A stretch of DNA of 34,994 bases from positions 12,260,897-12,295,890 of the forward strand of contig NC_068983.1 in assembly GCF_001194135.2 (NCBI RefSeq). Direction: 5' to 3'. The notes below the pieces were generated by a model, which saw only the letters and a program-made list of their open reading frames with translations, was not told where the DNA came from and searched no databases. This DNA is from Octopus bimaculoides (Eukaryota). Below are positions 12,871-24,274 of the stretch, one piece after another (positions within the stretch are counted from its first letter, which is position 1; each line of letters opens with the position of its first letter). The translations under genes and the position numbers were made by a program.

Positions 12871-12947
12871 ATCAGTGAAGAATTTCACTGGAAAAGTAGA
12901 TATAAGATTGCCAGGATTTTGTCTCTCTCACCAAGGTCAGTGGCTGT

Positions 12948-12992
12948 CGAACGCCGACGAAGGGAAATAACCCTGAAATCCGGATCCGTTCG
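12948..12992 (+). ncRNA. Type I hammerhead ribozyme (U4C core variant)
   Basis: Stem I CGAACG (12948-53) with CGTTCG (12987-92). Core CCGACGA (12954-60). Stem II AGGG/CCCT with loop AAATAA. GAAA (12975-78). Palindromic stem III ATCCGGAT. AUC triplet with predicted cleavage after 12986. Confidence 0.8.
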
Positions 12993-13275
12993 TGCTACAG
13001 ATCATGGTGAGAGGGATAACTTCCCTTGGCACACAGGACACAGTCGTGTGTCGATAAGCCAGCTGGAGGAGATGTCCTCCTGGGGCTAAAAGCAACAGTA
13101 ACATCCACCCCTAGGCAATATACTACACTTTATATANNNNNNNNNNNNNNNNNNNNNNNNNNNNNNNNNNNNNNNNNNNNNNNNNNNNNNNNNNNNNNNN
13201 NNNNNNNNNNNNNNNNNNNNNNNNNNNNNNNNNNNNNNNNNNNNNNNNNNNNNNNNNNNNNNNNNNNNNNNNNNN

Positions 13276-13311
<36 letters not shown>

Positions 13312-14389
13312 ATATATAATATATATATATAAAAAATAATCCTCATCTAAAAGCAACTTTGGGTCTCAGTAGTATTGCTCATTTAAGAAAATATTCTCAA
13401 ATTGAAAAATTATATCCAACATGAAAATATACAGTTTGAAAATGTATGTTAAAGTAATGAAAAACAAACAAAAATTGAAATACCGTTAATAAAATATTAA
13501 AATTATAAACATTGAGAACGTAAAACAGGAAGATAAACGTAGCATATAAAACAGAAAGAGAATAAATAGCAATAACGTTAGCATATCTATAGGATACTGA
13601 ACAACAAAAGCAGAATCAGAACTGCACAAACAAATATATAAATGAAAGTGAAAATTTTAAAAATTTCCTATTCTATAGATGAAAACTTTGGAAATGTCAA
13701 ATAACCTAAATAGGAAATGTAGTTAAAGAATTAAAACTAGCGCTAACAAGATACTATTCTAAAGATAAATCTAAGATAAAATTTAATCATAAAATACAAC
13801 TATAACACATGTAAATGCTGACATCGTATACGTAGTGAAAACAGGTGAAAACATTGATATCACCTACATAAATGAGAATACGTTTTTGAAATTACAGTCA
13901 AAAATGATTACTACCCGAAAGCTATGTACACATACACACACACACACACATACACACAAACACACACACACGCACACACGCGCGCGCACACACACACAGA
14001 GACATACACTCATATTATCAAGGTGGCTAGACGATTTGAACAAAAAGGAAATAATTCACTATTACTAAAAAGTGACCAAGGATTCAAAGAGCACCAATAT
14101 TGCTAGAAATCAAAGTGATAAATACTTTAGATAAAGAAAGCACATATTTATTTGAACTGACAAGGGAGACAACCCCCTCACCTCATGTGAGGTGAATTAG
14201 AATAGCATGCTAATTTCGTATAGAAATCAATACTCATCAATAATGCTTACTCCATTGCAAGTGGTGAAGCTGAACTTGCGCCTGTCAGTATTTATAGAAA
14301 ATACCATGGGAATCAGAGGCTGATTCCGCAAAATGGCAATGTGAAGATTATATAAAATCATTAAGCACGTTCTATTTGAACTGATGTAT

Positions 14390-14572
14390 ATATGCATATG
14401 TGGGCACATGGTGTCATGAAACGTGTACAACAAAAAAGATAGGAAGCACGAGTACATGGAACATGAATTATTCTTTCGAACAACGAAATACACAAATGGA
14501 AAACAAAAGGAACAACATAAAGAACGACCCTTCATCAGGTGTTGGCTATTTTTCTAGTCTACTATTTCGAGC
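14390..14572 (-). mobile_element. Penelope pLTR-like repeat, left arm of an inverted pair
   Basis: Diverged reverse complement of 14945-15123. Carries GCTCGAAA and CTGATGAAGG on the minus strand. Confidence 0.6.
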
Positions 14573-14944
14573 TTTTAACAACAATATACGCTTTCGATAA
14601 AACATTTGCTCCCGCAAAGCAAATTAAATAAAATTTGGGATTTTGCAGAAGGTCAAATTTGGTAACACAAAAAAGGACAGTGAAAACAAACTGGAAGGGC
14701 TGCTAAGCCTAAACGAAGTAGTGGTGGTGAACGCGTAAATCAAGCTTGGGACAGGAGACAAACAAGAACACGTCTTCCTTGTTCCAGCTACAACGGAGAG
14801 AAAGAAAGAAAGATGGCCAGTGGTCACGTGGGAGCCACGTGAACAAGGGAGAGAGAGTGACAAGGTAATAGGATAGAATAGTTGGAAAAGAGGGAGTAAA
14901 AGAATAAGAGAGAGAAAGAGAGAAGGCTTATCTTGTCGTGGATT

Positions 14945-15123
14945 GCTCGAAATACGGATTAGAAAAACAGCCGACAACTGATGAAAGGTCGTTCCTTGTG
15001 TTGTTCGTCTTGATTTCCATTTGTTTCTTTCGTTGGTTGCAAAAAAGTCCTTATTCCATGTCCTGGTACTTCGTATCTTTTGCTGTTTATGTTTTGTAAC
15101 GCCCTGTTCCCACATATGCATAT
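14945..15123 (+). mobile_element. Penelope pLTR-like repeat, right arm of an inverted pair
   Basis: gctcgaaata...caactgatgaaaggtcgttcctt followed by a T-rich tract. Inverted homologue of 14390-14572. Confidence 0.6.
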
Positions 15124-15595
15124 GTGTATAAGTATACATGTAAGTATATACATATACGCATGTATATATGCATACATATATATATATATAATATTTTTAT
15201 TATACATATATATATGTAAATCAGATGAAACAGAATCAAAGAATTTTGCGATGGTCTGCTTTATACGAACGGTAATATTTGCGTTTCATGTTAGTTGATG
15301 CCAGTCACTCAAGCATAGAGGGCTTAAACTTCTTGTCTTTCCTTCGTCCCGTGTTATTTCAACCCTGGAAAAAAGAACACATCCGAAAATTGTGGGTATT
15401 CTACGTGGTAGTGTTATCTTACTCTTTCTGTTTGTATGTAGATAGATAGGTAGATGAAAAGACAGACAGACAAACACACATACGTATACGTGTATGTATG
15501 TATGTGAGTGAGTTTGTCTGTGTATATTATAACGTTAAGTGCTTCTCAGTGAACTATTTCAGTTATAGTCATAAAAGTAGCAGGCTAGTCCTGTA

Positions 15596-16017
15596 AGAGT
15601 CATTTAATATTGGTGTCAAATTTTTTGCACAAGGCCAGTAATTTCGGGGCAGAGCATAAGTCGATGTAATCGACTCCAGCGTTCAGCTAGTACTTTTTTT
15701 ATCGATCCGGAAATGGATGGGAGTCAAAGTCAACCTCGGTGGTATTTGAACTTAGATCATGAAGACGGTCGAAACGATGCTAACGATTCTGCCACCAGCT
15801 CCCCTACCTTTAGAGTCATTTAATATTGTATCGTGTTCAAATTTTTCCACAAGGCCAGCACTTTAGGTAAAAGAGGTAAGTCGATTACTCCGACCTAGTA
15901 CTCAATTGGTACTTATTTTATCAACCCCGAAAAACAAAGTCGAGCACAGCAAAACTTGGACTCAGAATATAAAGAAGGGTAAAGTGTCACACAGCATTCT
16001 GCCAGCCTGCTGCCTTA
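15596..16017 (-). mobile_element. Two tandem diverged copies of SINE family 2 (period about 216 bp)
   Basis: agagtcatttaatatt...cacaaggccag...aagtcgat...ttctgcca repeats at 15596 and 15812. The core matches 29303-29506. Confidence 0.75.
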
Positions 16018-16074
16018 CAGTTGTTTAATGTTAAGTATACTAATAAATGTTCTTCAATACAAAACAGAGAAAAT

Positions 16075-16190
16075 GAGAAAGAGAGAGGTGACGGGAGAAC
16101 GAGAGAGAAAGAGAGAGGTGAAGGGCGAACGAGAGAGAAAGAGAGAGGTGAAGGGAGAACGAGAGAGAAAGAGAGAGAGAGAGAATGTAT
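16075..16190. repeat. 30-bp purine minisatellite, about 3.5 copies
   Basis: The unit gagaaagagagaggtgaagggagaacgaga repeats with no spacers. Confidence 0.9.
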
Positions 16191-16921
16191 GACATATTAT
16201 TCTAAGAAGACAGACGACAAAAAATTTGGATAATGACAAACTAGCAAATCTATGGAACAGGAGAAGTAATATGACGAAGGAACGTTTCGTTTTCTCTGTA
16301 TTGATTCCGACATACGACATTATATATACAAAGGAAACACGTACATAAATGGAAAGTCGCCACCAATGTGAGATAAGAGAATCCGACGACTGATTGTCTT
16401 CTTATCCTGGAAACCGGTACCTCGAAGTCAACCGTGTGCATTTTTGATATCGTATTAGATTAAATGCATCTTACGTTTTCTAAATAGTTCTTATCTACCC
16501 AGTGCTCCTTTCATTAACATTTCATCATTTCACAAGCTCGAAGCCATTTTCCTCTTAAAGCAATTTGCTACACATTTCTTGTTCTACGTGATTCAATATG
16601 TCCACCAGTTTTTCGGTGGATGTTTGAAGTGCTGTGTATTTCAGCAACCGTTCCCGCATCAGGTGTGCTTATAGGTGTCTATCTCGTGTTTCTTAATTGC
16701 CTTCAATTTGGATTCATTTTTCTTCATCTTGTTTTTTTCTTCTGCCCCCCCCCCCCGGATTTTGACAAATCCCTGTTTTTTTTCCATTTTCTCTTTATGA
16801 TCGCAAAATTTAGTGTGATAATACCGAATCAATCAACTAAACTTAGGGATACACTAATTCATACAGACACGAAGATCAAGTTCTATCCTTTAGATAATAT
16901 TTTAAAGGTCAAGCAATAAAG

Positions 16922-17180
16922 GAAATGCCTCGAAATTGAAGATCATCCCTTTGTAACGAGAACAAATATCCAAAGTAAATGAGGGAAATCTATCCAGATA
17001 TAATGCTCTGGAAACAGAGATAACTAAGAGGTGAACAGTAACAAGACATACAATAATATTTATAATGGTAGTTATCAGAAAAACACCTAAACACGTAACT
17101 TGATCCTCAAGACTTCCAAAATATCCACAACATTGCACGCATTTCAATACTTGGAAAGCTATCAATACAATAAAAAAATA
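16922..17180 (+). mobile_element. Very decayed R4/Dong LINE C-terminal remnant
   Basis: LSRYNALETEITKR* and HNIARISILGKA align with EKLSKYKDLEIEI...W and NIQKIALLGTA seen in neighbouring copies. Confidence 0.5.
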
Positions 17181-17423
17181 CAAAATAAAGCTCACTCTAA
17201 TAAAAAGATTCACATGATATTTTACAAGTCATATGAAAGTCCTCGGTTGTGGAGTAAGAACACTCACTGAAATAAGACTTATGATAAAATTAACAAATCT
17301 CCAGCAACGAGAAGATCAATAGGAATTACGAGAACAATAGCAGCTATCATTTGTCCTTGCTCTTATATCGCTCTCCTTAGAATCGAGAAAATTAAAAGCT
17401 GAAGAACGAAAGACGAGATGATT

Positions 17424-17845
17424 GTTAACCATTTGTTATTCACGGATGACCTAAAGTTATATCACAAGACGGAGAGAGAATTGGATACCCTTGTCAATTT
17501 AGCAATGACATCAAATTCGAGTATGGTATTTCTAATTGCTAGGGCGAAATGAAATACTATAAAAGTGACGGAATAAATCTACCGAACGAGAAGCCACGAG
17601 AGATTGATACAGATTATGTATATAAATATCTGGGAGTTGATTGTATATACGATGCAATAATGAATGACAAATTTCGGGGAGAATATTTCCGAAAGGTAAG
17701 GAGGGTATTAAAATGTAAAGTTATGATGATATTTGTATAATACCATCATTACCATAACCTCAAGAACAGTATCCGTCATCATTTATAGTGCAGGAATAAT
17801 CACCTGGACAAAGGTAAAACTTGAGAAGGTTGATAGAAAAGTTCA
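17424..17845 (+). mobile_element. R4/Dong LINE fragment: RT domains 5-7 and thumb
   Basis: VNHLLFTDDLKLY (DD at 17445-50), YKYLGV, EYFRKVRRVLK and VSVIIYSAGIITWT...LEKVDRK. Frameshifted. Confidence 0.88.
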
Positions 17846-17897
17846 TGATTTACAGAAAGCTGATTTGCTTGTCATATCAGGAACCATAAGAACATTT

Positions 17898-18161
17898 CTG
17901 AAACAGAAACAATTCCTATCATAGTAGGTGCCTTAGGTATAATAAAAAAATATTCAGACAAATACATAACAAAAACACCAGGACTTACAAATATATATAA
18001 CATACAGAAAATTGCACTACTGGGTACTGCACACATCCTACGCAAAACACTTTCAATACAGTAAACATAAGAGCACCACAGCAAACCACAGCACATACCC
18101 AAGGCGCACAGAGCTGCGCTCGGTAGTGAAGTGAAAGCACGTTATAAAAATAAAACTACTG
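17898..18161 (+). mobile_element. R4/Dong LINE 3' end with UTR
   Basis: ETIPIIVGALGIIKKYSDKYITKTPGLTNIYNIQKIALLGTAHILRKTLSIQ* (stop 18062-64), then a UTR and an (AAT)n tail at 18162-18258. Confidence 0.88.
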
Positions 18162-18183
18162 AATAATAATAATAATAATAATG

Positions 18184-18226
<43 letters not shown>

Positions 18227-18283
18227 TAATAATAATAATAATAATAATGATTTTAATAGTAGTAGTAGAAGTAGTTGTCATCG

Positions 18284-19222
18284 GTGGAAGACTACTGCAT
18301 GTAGTAAAGCAACACGAGAAAAAGAAAACGCTTTTCTCTGTACACAAAGAGACGGCAGAATACAAAACAGAAACAAACTATACTGATAAACTGATCTCAG
18401 ATGACGACGTAATAGAAATGGTCAAAGAGACGAAAGAACAACAACATGAAAACAGAATAACAACACATACTAAAGAAGAAATGGAGAGAGAAATCACTCC
18501 ATGGCCAATACTCTGCAAGACTTGACAGAGAAGTGAGCGTAAGTAAAAGCCAACGATAGCTCACTCAGAAGCTCTGAACTGAAAGTTGAATCTCGCTGCA
18601 GAAGACCAGTGCCTCACTATGAACAATTATAAAAGCAAAATAATGAAAGCAGGTCCTCACACCGAATGCAGAATGTGTAACCAGCACAATTAAACAGTTG
18701 ACGACATCATCTCTAACTATTCAGCCCTTGCCAAATCTGAATATGTATACCGAGTAAGTAGTTATATCCACTGGATAATATGCCAACATTATAACATTAA
18801 AACTGATATTAAATGGTATAAACACGAGCCGAATAAGGTGCAAGACAACGGTCAGATCACAATCATCTGGGATATGCCAGTTCAAACCGACAAAGATATA
18901 AAATCTAACCGACCAGACATGATAATCAAGGATTTGTAAAAAAAAAATCCTTGCTTACTGATAGACATTGCAGTCCCTTCTGATCAAAATATTGTGCAAA
19001 AAGAAGTAGAGAAATTGTCAAAGACCTCGATATTGAAGTATTCGTGATATGGGGCGTGAAGGTGATAACAATTCCAATAATAATTGGAGCATTGGGCATG
19101 ATGAAAAAACATACGAACAAAATTGTTGAAGCTATACCTGGATCCTCCATATTATACAATATTAAAAAATAGCCCTGCTAGTAACAGCCTACATCCCATA
19201 CAAGACACTATCAATTCAATAA
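18284..19222 (+). mobile_element. R4/Dong LINE fragment: linker, CCHC knuckle, RLE endonuclease and C-terminus
   Basis: AAEDQCL, CRMC..*TVDDIISNY (degenerate CCHC, from 18667), KWYKHEP, IIWDMPVQTD, NRPDMIIKD (from 18907), LIDIAVP and IPIIIGALG. Many stops and frameshifts. Confidence 0.9.
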
Positions 19223-19520
19223 CACAATCTAAACAAAACAAGCCACAAAGACAAGACACACTCTATAGAACAAATATCCAATGAAATAAACTTCTATCAG
19301 CAAGCTGTTTAACCAGCGCATTATACATTCGACACACAATACAAATAGTAACACGACAAAAGACTGCACCACATCTCAAGAGAGTAGAAGAACTGGCACA
19401 ATACATTACCCGGAAAGGTTTGCACACTCCCAACAACAGAAAAAGTCACACCCTACTGCACACATGGAAGTGTAGGAGGTGATGTATAGAAATTTGCCTG
19501 AAACTACCAAATGTTGAACA

Positions 19521-19610
<90 letters not shown>

Positions 19611-19611
<1 letters not shown>

Positions 19612-21342
19612 GGCTGCAATGGAGTGTTACTTTCTGGGTAATCCGAGAAGCGACAATGAAGTACCCGCCAGGGGATAGAGGAAAAGAATGTACAGGACTA
19701 ATTGAATTAAGCGAACAAAATCTGTGTGACGAAGCTATAACCATCAGAGAGAATGAATGGTTATCCCCAGTTGAACTGGAAAGCATTAGGAGACGGGCGC
19801 TTAAGGATAGTAAGACCAGTGGTGAACGGAAGGAGGAGGAAGAGAATGCAGATAGTGAGCTTATGGCAGAGGATTTACAGTAAGGAAACGAGAATGAGGC
19901 TAAGATTATTGATCAGGAAAGCGATGAGAGAACAGAGGAACAAATATCCATTTTAAATGAAATCTTTGATATATGAACCTCTGGTGAACAGAGCTTTCAT
20001 ACAGTGTTTAAAAGAGTAGGGAGAAAGAAATTCAACGAATGGGTCAGGAAGATAAATGATATCACTGGTGATAGCAAGACTGACAACATCACAGACTCCA
20101 AGAATCTGATAAATGTAATCTCGATCTTTATAGCCCGGAAGCTAGGTTTGAACGTCAAAGGTAAATGTCGACATAAATTGAAAGAGCTGTGGTGGTAAAA
20201 GAGAATAACGCAGTCTATTAACGAGAGCAGAAAGCATATTAATATTCTGGAACGGAAAAAGAGAAATAAAGTTCAGCGAGAGAAATATGTTGAGCAAGAG
20301 AGGAAGTATATGAAGAGAAAGGGGATCAATGTTGCGATTGAGGAATTAAAACAGAGAATTGAGCAATACAGATTAAACAGAGTTTTCGAACAAAATCCGA
20401 AACGAGTCAATCGGGAACTGGATGGGAAAGAAAAAGGTGAAAAGGCCGTGCCGGTTGCAGAAGAAAGCAAATGAATTTGGTCAAACATATGGTCTCAGGA
20501 GAAACAACATGAAACTGAAGCAGAGTGGTTCAAGACACTCAAAGAGGAGAGTAGAGAGTATCTGCAGGAAGATTTGAGAATGACCGAGATGATTAGAGAT
20601 CAGTGGAGGAAAATTCCTAACTGGAAAGCGCCTGGCCCAGATGGGGTCCAAGATTTTTGGCTTAAAAACAAGACAGCTCTGCACAGGAGAATTGCGAGAC
20701 AGCTGGACGAAATACTGAATAGTGACATTCAAGTACCGGCCTGAATGACAAAAGGAAGAACGGCACTATTCCAGAAGGCCCAAGTAAAGAGAATGCGGTT
20801 GGAAATTTCCGACCAGTATCATGTTTGCCACTGATGTGGAAACTGATGACGGGCATCATATCAACAGCATCTATAAGTGCCTAGATGAGAATGATCTACG
20901 ATTAGAACAAAAAGTGTGTAGACGTAAGAGCAGAGGTACGAAGGATCAATTACTAATCGATAAGACTATCCTGGCTGATTGCAATGAGAGACATGAAAAC
21001 AAAAAAAAAAAACAAAAAACAGGAAAGAATGAGAAATACCACCCACTGCGGGACGAGATAGGAAAGTTATGTGGCATGAGGAAAGGAATGCTGATACAGG
21101 TGGTAGCTGGAGCATTAAGAGCAGTTTTTGGGAGCTTTGAAAAACATATTAAGAATATTGGAGCTGCTGTCAGGCTCGAAGTGATCCAGAAGACAACATT
21201 GTTGGGTACAACTCGCATTCTAAGGAGAGTATTGTCTCTTTGAGTCACAGGAGAAGGCACTACTTGAAACCTTTGGTCATTTGCTGTTGTCTGCTTTCAA
21301 GTAAATAATAACCGGTAATTAAGAACTATTCGAGAATCTTTC
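19611..21342 (+). mobile_element. Internally deleted R4/Dong LINE (N-terminus and RT domains 0-3 fused to the C-terminus)
   Basis: MECYFL, EQNLCD...[52 protein letters not shown] and [12 protein letters not shown]. An A-rich junction at 21001-21030 leads into [13 protein letters not shown]...[17 protein letters not shown] and (TAG)n(TAA)n tail follow. Confidence 0.9.
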
Positions 21343-21362
21343 ATAGTAGTAGTAGCAGCAGC

Positions 21363-21463
<101 letters not shown>

Positions 21464-21475
21464 TAATAATAATAA

Positions 21476-21952
21476 GTAACTATCCTCTGGGATTTTCCTG
21501 TCAACACCGACAGAACGGTCCAGGATAATCCACCAGACATAGTGATTAAAGACATGAATGAAAATATTTGTAGACTAATACGTGCAAGTGTTCCCACTGA
21601 TAAAAATATGTGCGAAAGAATTTGATGAATTAAGTAAATATAAGGACCTGGAAATTGAAATACAAAAGATGTGGCATCTTAAAGCGAGAACTGTTCCTAT
21701 TATTGTGGGTACCCTAGGTATCATAAGAAAAGGATGTCACAGAGAAATCCAAAACATTGTGCTGACACATCCTTAGAAAAACCTCATCCATTAAAATTTA
21801 TCCGATGCATTACATGAAGATATTTCGCTACTACCCCTGACACATCCCCTCCCAAGCTTTCAGTCATACTCTAAAATTCTTTAACCTTCACTCGCCCTAG
21901 GACGATGGGTGTGTCTCGGTAAGTGATTTTAACAAATATTCAGATTTAAAGT
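21476..21952 (+). mobile_element. R4/Dong LINE 3' fragment: RLE domain, C-terminus and UTR
   Basis: VTILWDFPVNTDRTVQDNPPDIVIKD and KEFDELSKYKDLEIEIQKMWHLKARTVPIIVGTLGII. (AAT)n tail at 21953-22027. Confidence 0.88.
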
Positions 21953-21953
21953 A

Positions 21954-22015
<62 letters not shown>

Positions 22016-22028
22016 TAATAATAATAAT

Positions 22029-22161
22029 ATGCAGTACCTATCAGTGGATCTCATGGCTTTTCATTGATTTGCAGCGGCTCTCATGGCATCTTAACTGACT
22101 GGAAGTAATATCATGTACATTGTTTTGTCTTGATATAAAAGATGGGTTACAGCAAATATTC
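22029..22161. mobile_element. Partial second copy of the 12479-12870 repeat
   Basis: ctctcatggc...actggaagt..tatcatgtacatt...tataaaagatggg.tacagcaaatattc is shared. It has a small internal duplication of cag(t/c)gg.tctcatggc. Confidence 0.8.
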
Positions 22162-22586
22162 GGAATAGGGAATGTGGTCTATAATGGTGACTCGATTTAT
22201 CAAGATTTTTACCACTATAACTTATGATATTATAAAATATAAATACATATGCTAAATTAGTGTCCAATGCATAAAATATAAAATTATAACCATAAAAATT
22301 ATTTCAATGTTTATCAATACCAGTTCATTAAAATGAAATGATTGAGGAATTGAATAGAAAGTTAGGACTTTTGAATAAATTATCAATCAACTTCCTATTA
22401 TGATTTCATGCATTAAAAATACATCACGTGAGATAAAGCAATTATAATGGGATTAATAATGGAATGGAAGAAAGAAATAACAAATGTGTGAAATCGAAAA
22501 TAAAGTAACAAAAATGCAGAAAATGAATATTTAATCTCGTGTGTTTTGACACAATTAGAGAATATTTATTTCTTTATATCCTCTAG

Positions 22587-22651
22587 ACGTTGCCAACAGT
22601 GATATAGTAAAATGGTGGGGAAAAAAAATTGCTATCAAAACACACTTTCTG
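22587..22651 (+). CDS. Candidate isolated exon of an unknown gene
   Basis: A pyrimidine-rich acceptor (tttctttatatcctctag) and a GTAATG donor flank an open phase-1 frame DVANSDIVKWWGKKIAIKTHFL. No recognisable homology. Confidence 0.2.
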
Positions 22652-23646
22652 GTAATGTTGTTATCTAGTTCAAAACTATAATAAGAGGATGTGTGCAAAA
22701 CTATAAATCAGAAACTATCTTTACAGGATGTAAAACGGAAACGTTCGCAGCTACACACGTGTTAACACGCTCAGAAACGATTATATCCATATATACACAC
22801 ACACATATTGTATTAATATAATCGATTTTCTTTCCTGCTATTTAATTGGTGTGCTACCAATATATTTACAAATATCGAATGGTAATAATAAATAAAAAAA
22901 AGAAAAAGAATCTTTACTCTGATAGAGAAATGTAGGTCACAGATTGAGAGACTTAGGCAAGCCACCGTTTAATAATATAGTATTGAACCACTGTAGAATT
23001 TATTTCTAAAATTGTACGTAGATGTTTTCAGATTTTCTTATAAGTGGTATTTAAGATGATTTTAGAAGTTCCATGCTAATTTAACTTGTATTTGGATTAA
23101 AATCGATATAGTAAACTATGTGTAACCTAAATACATATCACCTAAAGATAATTAAATGTCGCTTTATCGCAAAGATTTTTGAACTAATTTTACTCTTAAT
23201 ACTGGTCTATACGACGTTTAATACCGAAATTTGCGTCTAAGATGTAATTAATGTTGGAAAGTATTTATCGTCTCTCCATAGTAACCAATCCCTTTCCGTG
23301 AGTGAGCGACGCAAGTATTTATTAGTACTGCCCACTAAGACTAAATCATTAGTTTTCCCTCTCGAAAAATGTAAAGAATCAATTGAAATTGGAGGTCTTA
23401 ATGATATCGACAGAACTGAAGTTATTTACTTTGGGAGCAAAGTTATCTATTTTGGCAGAAGAAAAAAACCTAAGCTGAAGTATTTCTTATTGTTTTCTTA
23501 AGTCTTGCAATAAAGCTAAACCTGTTCTCGAACTTCTCTTCGATGAAATATAACAATTCCAAGTAGTCATTTCCCCATTCGAAAACACTATATTAAATAT
23601 TGAGCGTGCCGTATCATTTTAATGATCATTTACTATAAACGCATGT

Positions 23647-23910
23647 GAAAGCGCCGAGTTGAGAGCTTGAGGCATTTGGCTCACTATCATGAGTTCGATT
23701 CCTGGTCGTGCTTTGTGTCCTCAAACAAGACACTTTTTTTTCACGTAGCTCCAGTTCACTCAGTTGGCTAAAATGAGTTCTACCTGTATTTCAAAAGACT
23801 AACCTTGTCACATTCTTTGTCACACGGAATCTCCTTCAGAACTACGTTATGAGCATGCGCACATGTGGAGTGCTCAGCCACTTGCACGATAATTTAACGA
23901 GTCAGCTCGC
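23647..23910 (+). mobile_element. SINE family 3 (tRNA-derived), diverged
   Basis: B box GAGTTCGATTCC at about 23691-23702, followed by tgtgtcctcaaacaagacact...ctccagttcactcag..., a central segment typical of conserved-core SINEs. Confidence 0.7.
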
Positions 23911-24155
23911 ATCATCCTAACCGAAGGAGATGACCATGACATAATGCTTCGCAGAATCCAAGAATAAAAATTGTGTTTGAGCAATATTTTTGGCATCCTC
24001 TACTCTTCCTTGTGGTATGATGGCATTTTTATCTACTCTTTATTTGGGAATCCCTTTTCAAAAATAATCTTTCTGTATTCTTTTGTTCATTGGAATGAAA
24101 AATTAAAATATATATTGTTATCCTTCTGATCTGCAGAAATAATCGTTTTTCTATT

Positions 24156-24159
<4 letters not shown>

Positions 24160-24222
<63 letters not shown>
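24160..24222. repeat. (AT)n microsatellite
   Basis: Seen directly. Confidence 0.95.
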
Positions 24223-24226
<4 letters not shown>

Positions 24227-24274
24227 GGGAAAAAAGTCAAGGTAAAAAATGCTAAAATAATTTTATAAAAAACA

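Noticed and set aside
16075-16190. Regular 30-bp repeats as a possible CRISPR-like array
   Set aside because: Units are contiguous with no unique spacers, and the context is eukaryotic. This is a minisatellite.
16540-16740. Possible minus-strand Dong remnant (TPDAGTVAEI...)
   Set aside because: Similarity is too weak to support by eye.
19370-19520. Additional very decayed Dong 3' end before (AAT)n
   Set aside because: Only a short match (aacagaaaaag...tactgcacacat) to 18000-18035. Plausible, but not counted as a separate feature.
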